DNA from: Azolla caroliniana
Lineage: Eukaryota; Plantae; Polypodiophyta
Direction of reading: 5' to 3'
Length of the DNA stretch: 64,000 bases
NCBI GenBank assembly: GCA_043228905.1
Contig: JBHGNT010000017.1
Coordinates: forward strand, 15,004,001 to 15,068,000
Below the pieces are notes generated by a model. It saw only the letters and a program-made list of their open reading frames with translations, was not told the DNA's origin and searched no databases. Within the stretch, counting starts at the first letter, position 1. Each line of letters starts with the position of its first letter. Shown here one piece after another: positions 26,187 to 37,424 of the stretch. The translations under genes and the position numbers were made by a program.

Positions 26187-26804
26187 TGTCGAGAATCAAC
26201 GCTTCGATTCACCTTCTTCCCTCGGCCACAACCGAGTAATCACGGATTAATGGAGCAGAAAATAGGAACCACACGAGAAACAAAAGAAACGCGTGTACAC
26301 AGGGATTAACGTGGAAAACCCTAGATGGGAAAAACCACGGGAGTACGAGACTCCAAACCAACACTATACAGAGAAGTATACAATGGCGAGCTGCAAGGCG
26401 ACGACCTTGAGCTCGCTGTCCTCGCCACAGGCGGCGGAAATACACAGAGGCGTCTACCTCTTCCTCTCTCGCGCTCTATCTCTCTCTCTCTCTCTCTCAC
26501 GGCTGCTCCCTCTTCACTCCTCTAAAGTGGAAAAACAGAAAAATAAGAAGCAACAGTAAAACTGTTTGCCCTAAGTCATATTTATACTTATATGACTTTG
26601 GGCTATTTACAACTATAGCCTCAGGGGCCCATAGCGAACATGTTCACGGATAGGTCCCTGCATCCGGATCGCTCTCCGGGTACATTCGTCATCCGGCACC
26701 CTAGCCGGGGTCTTCGTCATCCGGATCCGAAACCGAAACCGGGCTTGTCGGTATTCATCTCCGATATCCGACCATCCCATGCGAAAGGGACCGAAATCCC
26801 AACA
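26187..26804 (-). mobile_element. Solo LTR (copia, related to the copia D LTR)
   Basis: TG...CA ends; perfect 5-bp TSD GGAAC (26182-26186 and 26805-26809); shares GTGGAAAACCC and TTTGCCCTAAGTCATATTTATAC with 46999-47660. Confidence 0.92.
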
Positions 26805-26939
26805 GGAACTCTATGATGTTTCTCCAAGATAATTATATTCATGTTGTTCTATGATGGAAAATATGTCATGTTCATTATGTTGTTTTGTAAGACTATTAGT
26901 TTGTGAGTGTGAATATGTTGGTGTTTTCTGATGTTGTAG

Positions 26940-27904
26940 AGTCTAAAGGGTTTGAATCTATTGCTCCTAAGGCCGATGGCAGTGTGGAAACTGTTGATGT
27001 TGTTGCGTGTTTAGAGGGCCACATCTTGAAAGTAGATGTAGCCACTGACACAAATGATCTGGTCACGCAAGTTGATCAAGCATGTTGCACAGATGATCTG
27101 ATTTTGCAGGTAGATGCAACATGTGATACCAGTGGGCTGATATCGTCAAGATCAGTATCCACATGCACCGAGCCAATGACTAAGTCGACAACACAAGAGC
27201 ACCAGAATGTGAAGCCAGGCCCAACACAGTCGACCATGGGTTTGAAGAGGAAAAGGACACCAATTGTGCCGATAGAACCTGAGTTGATTGAAATTGATCG
27301 TGTGCTACTAGTAATTGGTGTAATAGAGGTTTAGTTACAGGAATGGAAACCTAAACCATTAGAAGTCGAAAGAAGAGCCTTGATCTTGGAGCTTGATAAA
27401 GTCCTGATGAGTGTGCGATATATGACACCAAGAAGGGATGCAAATCAATTTTTGGAGTGGGCTGTGCAATACTTTGATTTGTTTATTTGGAGTGAGCAAC
27501 CACGTACAGATATGTGGAAGTGTGTAGAAAGATTCTTCCCGAAGTGGCGACAACATTTCAAGGCTCAGTGGACACGAGAGAATTGTGAGCAGAAGGATGT
27601 TGCAAGATTCAAAAGACTTTCTTATTTTTGGGCCACTTGGCCAGATTATAATGCCGACAACACGTTGATTCTGGATACAGAACATTTCCAGTATTACTTC
27701 AACATTTGCAGTTGCTGTCTCATTCTACCTGATGAAATGCCTGAACACTATTTGGTGAAAACATTGAGGTGCCAACTAGCTACATGGTTGTGGACTCCAT
27801 ACCGAGCTCGGTATGCAGATCATATATGTAGAGAAGTTCCACTGACCAACAATAGCTTAGCTGTTTATAGGCGATTTGAAGACATTGGCAATGGGATGTT
27901 ATAA
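26940..27904 (+). CDS. Transposon cargo ORF with FCP1/NIF-like HAD phosphatase fold and degenerate active site (exon structure uncertain)
   Basis: ALILELDKVL..RRDANQFLEWAVQYFDLFIWS..KRLSYFWATWPDYNADNTLILDT..N follows the LDLDxTL / RP..FL..F...IWS / KDL..W..NTLLIDD..NP pattern; preceded by an acidic exon and a likely short intron ending at 27340. Confidence 0.6.
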
Positions 27905-28329
27905 ATATGTAATTTGATGACAAATTAATCAATGAAGAATTAAATTGCTTGGTTTGAGTAACTTATGTACTGTGTAATTTTAAGAGTATGTTTAGGATTG
28001 CTGATTTCATGATCATTGTGCTTTTTCTTAAAATTATGCAAACAATTTTAACTTGTACATGGTTCACTTGAGTAAATCTGTATCTCAGAAAGAAGAACCC
28101 TAAACGATATTATTAAATTGTATATCAGAAACAAGATTGTATATAAAAAAGACACAAAAAGAAGACTGTATATAAAAAAAAACTCCCAAACAGGTCCTTT
28201 AAACTGTTTATTTGCAATACATGTGCTTTGTTTGTTTTACAAGAAAACTGGTAATTGCTACTTGTAGCTACAAATTCCATGGCATATTGTTGTAAATACA
28301 TTCATACACAATAGCACTAACTGTGTATA

Positions 28330-31300
28330 AACCTAAGCATCTATTGTATTGCGACATTCGGACATTGATGCACCTGACCAAATGAGAGTATATGTACACC
28401 ATTAGTTTGTCTTCTAATAGCCTATACACATAATCATAATCATCTAGTCTTGCCTTCTTCTGGATTTACAACGAAATTATCCCCAACATTTAAGACATCA
28501 CTTAGAGTATCTCCATGTCCTTGATATGTGAAGTCAACATTCTTTTCTGTTTCTCTATCAACTGCTTCCTTATCGTTCAATGTATGATACTCCCAATTCT
28601 AAATATATGGTTTGTTTTAACAATACCTCCAATTCCCCTGCACACAATGGAAGTAAAAACAAGTTAATTCTCTAACTGCAATACAATGACCATCCAACCT
28701 AGAATAACCGCGAACAACATGGAGAGATCGCAATTCAGGAATTTCTTGGCACTCCCATGTCTTCTCCCTATTTACTTCATCTATCTTCACTTCCCAAAAT
28801 TCATGTTTGATATCTTGGACCTGTGAGGAATAAACACCAATTGCACTCGTTGATATATTATCTCTTAAAAATTCTACATGTGTTGCACAATTCATCTGCA
28901 CACCATATGGGTAAGTGCCCGCTTTATAACAACACCTGCACCATCATGTTCACCTATACCATGGCCAGAACCAAAAAATTCCATCTCATCTCCAAACCTG
29001 TTATAGCAGGATACCTCCCCACAAAATAAAATGGATGTCTAGTCTTGAATTGTGACGCAACTCCATCACACCAGACCCAATGTTGAGTAAGCTCCAAACG
29101 TTTAACTAATAACAATTGCCAATGTAAGTTAAAACAATGTTGGACAAACAAGGTATCATGCTTCTTATCATCAGAAATAAAAAAATGAATTACTTTTTTA
29201 ACATCACCTGAAACTCGAAAATATGTTATGTGCACAAAAATGGTTACTTGTGCTGAACACCAATGCATAGATTGAATTTCATTCTGCTGCTTGAAAGTAT
29301 AATTCTCTGCAAAATCTACTACTGAGACTACTACATCATTTGGAAAATCAGATATGCAAGTTTTAAACTGATGGGCTTGCCATGAATAAATGAAGTTGTG
29401 TTTAATGAACTTTTCTAGAAATACTAAAAATAGAGACGCCAAATCCCTTGGTTTAAGCGACTTCCTAACTAGATCCTTTCTTTTACACACATTTCCTTCA
29501 AAATTGGTGTCAACTGACTCAAATAACTTGACAGAGATTAATATTTCACTACTCAATTCATTTGGACACCACCTAAATCTACTAGGGCCACAATCTTGAC
29601 ATAAACCTATGACCATACTTTAGTACAATAGCTATTTAGTTAAGTGGCAGCTAATTAGTTACTACCATAATTTAGTACAAATAGCTAATTAGCTACTACC
29701 ATACTTTAGTTTAGTAGCTAATTAGCTACTACCATACTTTAGTTATAGTGGCTAATTAGCTAGTACCAAAATTTAGTTGAGTCGCTAATTAGCTAACTGG
29801 TAGATAATTAGCTACTACCATACTTTAGTTGTGTAGCTTATTAACTAAGTGGTAGCTAATTAGCTACTACCACTTAGCTAATTAGCTATTACCATAGTTT
29901 AATACAGTAGCTAATTAGCTAAATGGTAGCTAATTAGCTACTACCATAGTTTAGGATAGTAGCTAATTAGCTACTACCATAGTTTAGTACAGTAGCTATT
30001 CTAGTAGTGGATTTGCAATTTTGGTAGCTAATTAGCTATTGTTATAGGCAACTAATTAGCTATTGTGGTAGCTAAATAGCTATGACTAGTAGCTAATTAG
30101 CTATTATGGTAGCTAATTAGCTATTATTGGTAGCTAGTTAGCTATGGTCATATTTTGAGGTAGGTAATTAGCTATTCGGGTATGGTCATATTCGGAGATA
30201 GCTAATAAGCTAACTAACTAAGCTCAAAACTCAAAACAAATGTTGAGATAAATGTAACAATTAGCTACCACAATAAGCTAACTAACTAAGCTCAAAAGTC
30301 AAAACAAATGTTGAGATAAATGTAAACGAAATTAGCTATCCTAGTAGCGCTAATTAGCTGTCCTGGTAGTTAGTTAGCTATTTTGGTAGCTAATTATCTG
30401 GTAGTACCTAAATTAGCTATTGAGAATAGCTAATTAGCTATCATGGTAGTAGCTATTGAGAGTAGCCAGTTACCTATGTAGTAGCTATCCTAGTAGCTAA
30501 CTGAGGTAAATGTAACTGATAAGCTAATTAGCTTTTCTGCTAACTGAGCTAATTAATTTTCTGTGTAGAGTCAAAACAAATGTTGAGATAAATATAAATA
30601 CTTGAGGTACATCAAGAAGATGAATGGGATGCTCCTTGTATTGACTCCTTCCAACACGTTTCCTGCATAAATCCTTCTAATTGGGTGAAAACCTACTCTC
30701 ATTAGTCCAAAAAATTGTGATTATATCCTTGATTTCTAATGTTATGGGTGTCATTGGTTTACATCTTGTTGTTAGCTTTAGTAGACTAGTTCCTTCACCC
30801 GAGGAAACTATCTGGTTCAATGTATTATACACAGTTTTTCTACTAACACCAATTACCTTAGATAGCACATTGATGTTAATATCGCCAACATCACTATTAA
30901 GTAACATCATTAGACTAGACCTTTTTAAGACAAGATCATCTTCTGACCTGCTCATGGATACGAAACTATTACGGAGATTATTTACTAGTACAGATGTTAT
31001 GTTTGCATTAAGACCATCACAATCAACTAACTCCTTTATTGATGGATCATTTAATATTCCAAAAAGTACTACTTTCTTGTCTTCATTGCTAATGTGCTTG
31101 GTTTGAACATTGAAATAGTATACAACCTTTCTCTCTATGATAATAGTCTCATTACTTCCATTCTCAGTGATATTTAGACCTATATTGCAACCAATACTAT
31201 CTTTACCTTTTTAGTGAGTGTGGCTTTCGTATCCTTCAACAATTGACGATGTTTTTTTTTTTCTGCCCAATACTTTTGTATCACTTGTTGTGTCCTGATA

Positions 31301-31374
31301 GTGTCATCCCTATCCTGATGATCATTGAGGGGTAATTCTAAACACCCTCCTTCCCCTTCCATTTGGCTTGACAA
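28330..31374 (-). pseudogene. Sola2-like DDD transposase, multi-exon and disrupted
   Basis: VVDFAENY..QNEIQSMHW..QVT, ISDDKKHD, WVWCDGVASQFK, GHGIGEHDGAG, then SLH..RELTCFYFHC; upstream exon VIGVSRKTVY..FWTNESRFSPN*KD; splice donor at about 30601. Confidence 0.82.
29612..30555. repeat. Second TAGCTAATTAGCTA palindrome array, inside the transposase gene
   Basis: Same motif and spacers as 24525-25525; abuts coding sequence at about 29612. Confidence 0.92.
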
Positions 31375-31544
31375 GTTTAAACCCTAATTTTCCTGAAAAA
31401 AAGACACGTATTAAAGATGGCTATGGGCAACAACAATACACAAAAATATTCCACAATACACAAAAATATTCCGCAATACACAAGATTATACACAGCAATA
31501 CACAATATAATCAATAGACAGAATAGTTATTCAAATCCAAGACT

Positions 31545-32545
31545 AAACAGTGGCAATAATCCAGGGCTGAATAGTGGCGGCAATTGAGTGTAGAATGGCG
31601 ACAGTGGAGGAGTGAACTCTGTTTGATCGAACAGTTTTGACAATCTAGGATCGAACAATGGCGGCAACTGAGTGTAGAATGATGGCAATGGAGGAGTGAA
31701 TTCCGTCGGATCAAACCATGACAGATGATGCTTGGAACGCACAATGACGACAACTGAGAGTAGAATGGCAGCAGTGGAGAAGGAGTGAACTCCTTCGGAT
31801 CGAAAAGTGGCAGCAATGCACAACCGAACAGTAGCGGCAACTAAGTGTAGAATGATGGCAATGGATGAATGAACTCGGTCAAATCGAAAAGTGGTAGCAA
31901 TCTAGGACCGAACAATAGCGGCAACTAAGTGTAGAATGATGGCAATGGAGGAGTGAACTCCGTCAGATCGAACAATGGCGGATGATGCTTGGAATGCACA
32001 GTGACGACAACTGAGAGTACAATGGTGGCAGTGGAGAAGGAGTGAACTCCCTTAGATCGAAAAGTGGCAGCAATACACGACTAAATAGTAGTGGCAACTA
32101 AGTGTAGAATGATGGCAATGGATGAGTGAACTTCGTCAAATCGAAAAGTGGCAGCAATCGAGGACCGAATAGTAGCAACAACTGAGTGTAGAATGATGGC
32201 ACTGGAGGAGTGAACTCCGTCAGATCGAACAGTGGCAGATGATGCTTGGAACACATAGTGATGGCAACTGAGAGTAGAATGGCGGCAGTGGAGGAGTTAA
32301 CTCTGTCGGATCGAAAAGTGGCAGCAATATACGACCTTCACAGTAGCGGCAACTGAGTGTAGAGTGGCGGCAATGGAGGAGTGAACTTGGCAGATGATGC
32401 TTGGACTGAACAGTGGCGGGAACTGAGTGTAGAATGGCGGCAATGGTGGAGTGAACTCTGTTGGATCGAACAGTGGCAGATGATACTTGGACCACATAGT
32501 GTTGGTAACTGAGTGTAGAATGGCGGCAATGGGGGAGTGGACTCA
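31545..32545. repeat. Minisatellite with higher-order structure upstream of the transposase
   Basis: Recurring GCAACTGAGTGTAGAATGGCGGCAATGGAGGAGTGAACTC.GTCGGATCGAACAGTGGCAG units. Confidence 0.9.
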
Positions 32546-32741
32546 ATAGGGTTTAGCAACAGTGGTAGTAATCTAAGCAAGAATACTCAACCAGAGATGG
32601 CCCACGTGATGTGGGAAAGGATCATGCATAATGGACCTAGGAATTCGATATATAATTTATGGTGCACATATCAATTTATGTTGCATGTTTATGTTGCACC
32701 TTTATGGTGCTCATTTATATAATTAAAACTCTCTGTTATTT

Positions 32742-32826
32742 TCAATGGTAGCTTTTTGCAAAAATGACTATTTATCAATGGTAGCTTTTTGCAAAAATGA
32801 CTACTTATCAATGGTAGCTTTTTGCA
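32742..32826. repeat. Subterminal repeat of about 33 bp, 3 copies
   Basis: TCAATGGTAGCTTTTTGCAAAAATGACTA(T/C)TTA repeated next to the right TIR. Confidence 0.85.
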
Positions 32827-32906
32827 TAGCTAATTAGCTATGTCAAGGACATAGCTAATTGTTTCCACTCGCATGCTTTGACCCATAATCTATTTGATGT
32901 ATATGC

Positions 32907-34380
32907 CCCGCCTTCGTCATGAAGCACAAAGCCAACTCGATGGCGGTGAATAGCTCAAGGTCGAACGAGGTATGGTATGTGGATTCGGGAGCATCAAACC
33001 ACATGAGGAATCACCAGTAGTGGTTCTCAACTTTGGAAAAGTTGGAGCAGTCAAGGGCCGTCGAAGCTGGTGATGACACCCCTCACCCCATTGAACACAT
33101 TGGAGATGTCCCTCTCAGCCATGTCGGCCGGAAGGGAATCATGAGAAATTTCTTGCATGTGGCAACAATCACCAAAAATTTGGTGTCAGTTGGACAGATA
33201 GTCGAACAAGGCATGCAAGTTCGATTTACTCATCTCGGGTGCTTCATAGAAGAGGAAGGCAAGATAATCGCACAAGGGCACAGAGAAGGGAGGATGTTCA
33301 TCCTCGAAACCAATGACGTAGGCACCGCTATGTTTGTGAAAGGACAAAAGGTCGAATCGGATATTGACCTATGGCACAAGTGGTTCGGCCACGTCAATTT
33401 CCCACGGCTTCGAGATATGCAGATGAAAAACATTATTTTCAGCTTGTCGAAATTTAGTGGCAGAGAAGGCCAGGTCTGCGAAGCCTACCAATTAGGGAAG
33501 CATCACCGACTTCCGTTCCCAAATGAGAGAAATCGAAGCCGAAACAAGCTCGATTTAATCTATTTGGATGTATGGGGACTGGCACAGAACGTGAGTCTCG
33601 GTGGGAGCCGATATTTCGTGACTTTCATTGTCGATTTCACTCGGCATACCTTGGCATGCACAATAGAGAAGAGAAGTGAAGTCTTCTCCCGTTTCTTGAA
33701 GGTGAAGAGCCTTGCCGAATAAGAGACAGGCCGTAAAATCAAATGTCTCAGGACCGATAGCGGAAAAGAGTACTTCTACGACTAGCTCTCGAGTTATCTG
33801 CAAAAGGAAGGAATTCGACGCGAATTCTCCTACAGATACACGCCGCAGCAGAACGGCGTGGCCGAGCGGATGAATCAGACGATCGAAGAAGCAGCCACGG
33901 AAATGCTTGATGAGAAGCATAAGCCGAAATGTTTTTGGGCCGAAGCTATGAAGTTGGCTCTTTACCTGCAGAATCAGCCTTTTGTAAATGGAGAAGTGTC
34001 ACCACATGAGTCGTACTTCGGGAAAAAGCCGAACTTGGCATTTTCGGTAGCATAGCGTATGTACACATGCCGAAGGAGAAATGAAGGAACTTAGACGCAA
34101 AAGCCGAAAAGTGTATCCTGGTCGGCTACTTGGATGAGCAAAAAGGGTATAAATGTTATCACCCCCGAACGAAAGAAGCCTGAGTGAGCCGAGATGTCGT
34201 GTTCAACTAATCAACTTCGTGGTATTGTCCTTTACCACCTACCCCCATACGCCAATGAGGCCGAAATGCTTCTATGTAGTGATGAAATCAGAGTTTTGAG
34301 AGAGAGTCCAATCTCATTTCGGCTAAGCAGGCCGAATGAGGGGCTGAGCTGAGATGGTCAACTGAGTGAAGAACCGGCGA
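32907..34380 (+). pseudogene. Copia B protease-integrase region
   Basis: VWYVDSGASNHM, LWHKWFGH, LIYLDVWG, QNGVAERMN, KAEKCILVGY. Confidence 0.9.
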
Positions 34381-34382
34381 AT

Positions 34383-34949
34383 ATTTCCCCCTCAATCTTA
34401 ACTCCCCTTTGAATATTTCCCCTCATTTTACATTTCATATCCTAACTCTCTCTTTTCTCCTTATCCCTCCTTAACATTATAAACTCTTTTCCCTTATACC
34501 AAAACCTCCCCCTTGTCACATTAAAGCTCATAATATCCTTTTCCTTCTTCTCCAAATCTTCACCTTTTCAAATCATATCCATAAGCACACACCCCCACTC
34601 CATATTGTCATTTCTCTAAACCCTCTCCTAAAACTCCTTATATAAACCTATCCACCCCTAATGGACATTTTAGCACTGATGAGCCCCGTGGTGAGCGAAA
34701 CTAGTTTGCTCATGACCATATCCCCATGTAATTTCTTTTTCAATCTTAATGATAATTAGTAATAGCTTTGCTCTTAATCTCTCTCTCTCTCTTAACATGT
34801 TAGTAACATTTGTTTTAGTCTTTTTAATTAATACTTAATGGCTAGCCCTCTTTCCCTTTCTCATTATATTTTTAGTTATATTTAAGTTTTAATCCCTATA
34901 ATAATTTAAGTTATCAAGGTTTAATCTCTCTCTCTCTCTCTCATGCTCT
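34383..34949 (+). repeat. Hammerhead-containing direct repeat, copy 1 (about 570 bp)
   Basis: Near-identical to 37425-37990; TATATAAA upstream of the ribozyme core. Confidence 0.9.
34661..34719 (+). ncRNA. Type I hammerhead ribozyme, copy 1 (one stem II mismatch)
   Basis: AGCA CTGATGA GCCC CGTGGT GAGC GAAAC TA GTT TGCT. Confidence 0.75.
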
Positions 34950-35071
34950 CCAAGCTGTGCACCGACGATACACCATTCGCACCTCTTGTCGACGATCGTA
35001 TGATCAACAAAACACATGCCGAGGAAGAAATGGAGGAACTTAGACGCGAAAGCCGAAAACTGTATCTTGGT

Positions 35072-35125
35072 CATTTTAGCATTGATGAGCCCCATGGTGG
35101 GCGAAACTAGTTTGCTCATGACCAT
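35072..35125 (+). ncRNA. Type I hammerhead ribozyme, copy 2 (core variant TTGATGA), in a partial repeat copy 35072-35318
   Basis: AGCA TTGATGA GCCC CATGGT GGGC GAAAC TA GTT TGCT. Confidence 0.65.
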
Positions 35126-35370
35126 ATCCCCATGTAATTTCTTTTTCAATCTTAATAATAATTAGTAATAGCTTTACTCTTAATCTCTCTCTATCTCGCT
35201 CTCTCTCTCTCTCTGTCTTAACATGTTAGTAACATTTGTTTTAGTCTTTTTAATTAATACTTAATGGCTAGCCCTCTCTCCCTTTCTCATTATATTTTTA
35301 GTTATATTTAAGTTTTAGTCTTACGAGGAAATTCCTTAGCTAGGTGCCCTTTTTGTTTGTAGATGAAACA

Positions 35371-36012
35371 CTACCTAGGGAGTCCGTCATATACCACATT
35401 CACCATTGTGAGACTTAGCTCCTCAGAGTAGAGCCTCATTCTAGTAGGAAGTCCATGGAGGGAAGGCACTAAGATGCGTAGCTTGGACACCTCCGCTATT
35501 GTATCTGCCATGGACATTTTGTTAGGGCAAATCGTCCCTATTTGTTCGCCAAAAAAAAGAAGCAGATGACACAAGTGGGGAGGGAGGCCAGGAAATGTTG
35601 CGGTGATCACCCTAGGATTGTTAAGTTTCTGCACCTCCTCAATTGGGTTGAACCCTGGTGACCACAACTGGAGCAACACCTTACCGTACTTCAATTCAAG
35701 TACCTTGAGCTCTATCAATGGTTGCGCCAACGCGCCATCCCCCAATTCAATGTGGAAGAAATTTTTCACCAAACTCTGGATGCTCTTGATCGGGGGCATG
35801 GTCTCCATCACAACCACTTGGAGCATGTCCCGAACCATGCCACGACTTGGTCTACCTGCAAGGAACCTACATACAAAGGAAGTATGACGTAGGCATTCGA
35901 TTTCCTCCGCTAAGAGCCGATTGGCCTCTGGGAACAGGGTGATGTCAAGAGTTGTTCCATCTTCTTCTTGTAGTATGGTGGGTTCTGCTGGAAGCTCTAT
36001 TTCTCCCACCAT
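35371..36012 (-). pseudogene. L1-type LINE ORF1 fragment (DUF4283-like)
   Basis: FVCRFLAGRPS..IQSLVKNFFHIEL..LLQLWSPGFNP..ATFPGLPPHL..GEQIG resembles the plant L1 ORF1 pattern; no ORF2 seen. Confidence 0.65.
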
Positions 36013-36292
36013 TGCACTCTACGGTTTTGTTTTTTGTTTTTACCCCCCTTCCCTTTTTGACGTGTTTCGTTGTCTTTATTCTTTTATCTTTTTTTTAATT
36101 TTATTAAGTATAAATATAAAATTTGAGATTTTAATAATTTTATAGATGTACTTTATTTATTATTTATTTTAATTAAAATGATTTATTTATTAGTTTTTTT
36201 AAAATTACTTCATTTATTATTTATTTTAATAAGAATAATATTATTTTTTAATTTAATTTAAATTTACTTTTTTTTGGGGGGGGGGGAGGGGG

Positions 36293-36500
36293 GTATGGGT
36301 TTGGAGGGAGGCCCACTCTTCGAACTATGGGTTTGGAGGGGGCCACTCTTCGAAGTGTGTGGTTTGGGGAGGTCCACTCTTCGAAGTGTGTGGTTTGGGG
36401 AGGCCCACTCTTCGAATTGTGGGCTTGGAGGGGCCGACTCTTCGAACTGTGGGTTTGGAGGGCCCACTCTTCGAACTGTGGGTTTGGAGGGGGGGGCACT
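36293..36500. repeat. Tandem repeat of about 30 bp, about 7 copies
   Basis: GGGTTTGGAGGGGCCCACTCTTCGAACTGT units. Confidence 0.9.
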
Positions 36501-37424
36501 CCTCAAACCCTCTCCTCGAATCCTCGAACCCGCGAACCTAACCCTAAAGCGCCTCTGCTAAGAGATGGCGGCGGGGAGAGGCGGGGGGGTTGTGGCGATG
36601 CCCACCCTTTGAAAAGCACTGCGCGAATCAACTCCAGCGCCTGCACTCTACGTGATTCAGCCAGCTCCTGCTACTGCAGTGACCGCTAACTCTGAATGAG
36701 AGGAGAGGATGTCTTGCGGCTGCACTCTTCCCCGGAGGCCGCTGCCTCCGCTGCTTACTGCACTTTACCCCGGAGGCCGATGCCGGCCCGCTACTTGCTC
36801 CGACGCTACTGCTCTGATGCCGGCCTCCGCTCATGGCCATGGATTATTATTATTATTGGCAGCTTGCTTCAAATAAACTCTAGCTTTTGCCGAGATGAAT
36901 ATGTTATTATTGGGCAGTTCATGTGGATTGAAGGATAGTTCATGGGGGCTGACATGACATGAAGTATGGCAAGCTACATCCTCCTTTTCTAGTAGCAGAG
37001 GAGCCCTCGTTTATATGGAACAGATATTCCACCTTTCTATTTTTGTTTTTCTACCCTCACCCATGTTTTACTTTTTCTTACCCTACCCCTACCCCTACCC
37101 CTACCCCTACCCCTCCCCATCCTCTTCCTAAATCTATAGCCTTCCCCCTTTTTCTTTTCCTCTTTCCCCACACTTGTCTCTCTCCCTTACCTCTCTCCTA
37201 TTTCCTTTGTCCCTATTTCCTTTCTCTCTCTTACTTTGTCTAGTTTACACATGCATCTCTCTCCTCTCTCTACCCTCTCTCTACCCTCTTTCTCTCTCTT
37301 ACTTTTTCTCTCATTTTCCCACCCTTGATCCTCGTAGATCTACTCACTCCCCTTATGTCTACTCATTCCTCTCTCTCTCTCTCTCCTCTTTCCTTCCTTT
37401 CTCATCATCTTACATATTTTCCTT

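Larger units (their letters stand above)
22272..32884 (-). mobile_element. Sola2-type DNA transposon with cargo ORFs (10.6 kb)
   Basis: TIRs GGGTAAAAGCATGCGAGTGGAAACA / TGTTTCCACTCGCATGCTTTGACCC (24 of 25 match); 4-bp TSD ATAA confirmed against the empty site in the copia C 5' LTR (about 18267-18281); DDD transposase on the minus strand. Confidence 0.85.
17781..32906 (+). mobile_element. Copia C (AT-rich) nested in copia B gag; 3' LTR split by a DNA transposon and truncated
   Basis: 5' LTR 17781-18423; PBS TGGTATCAGAGC 18428-18439; PPT AAGGGGGAG 21782-21790; 3' LTR 21791-22271 plus 32885-32906. Confidence 0.9.
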
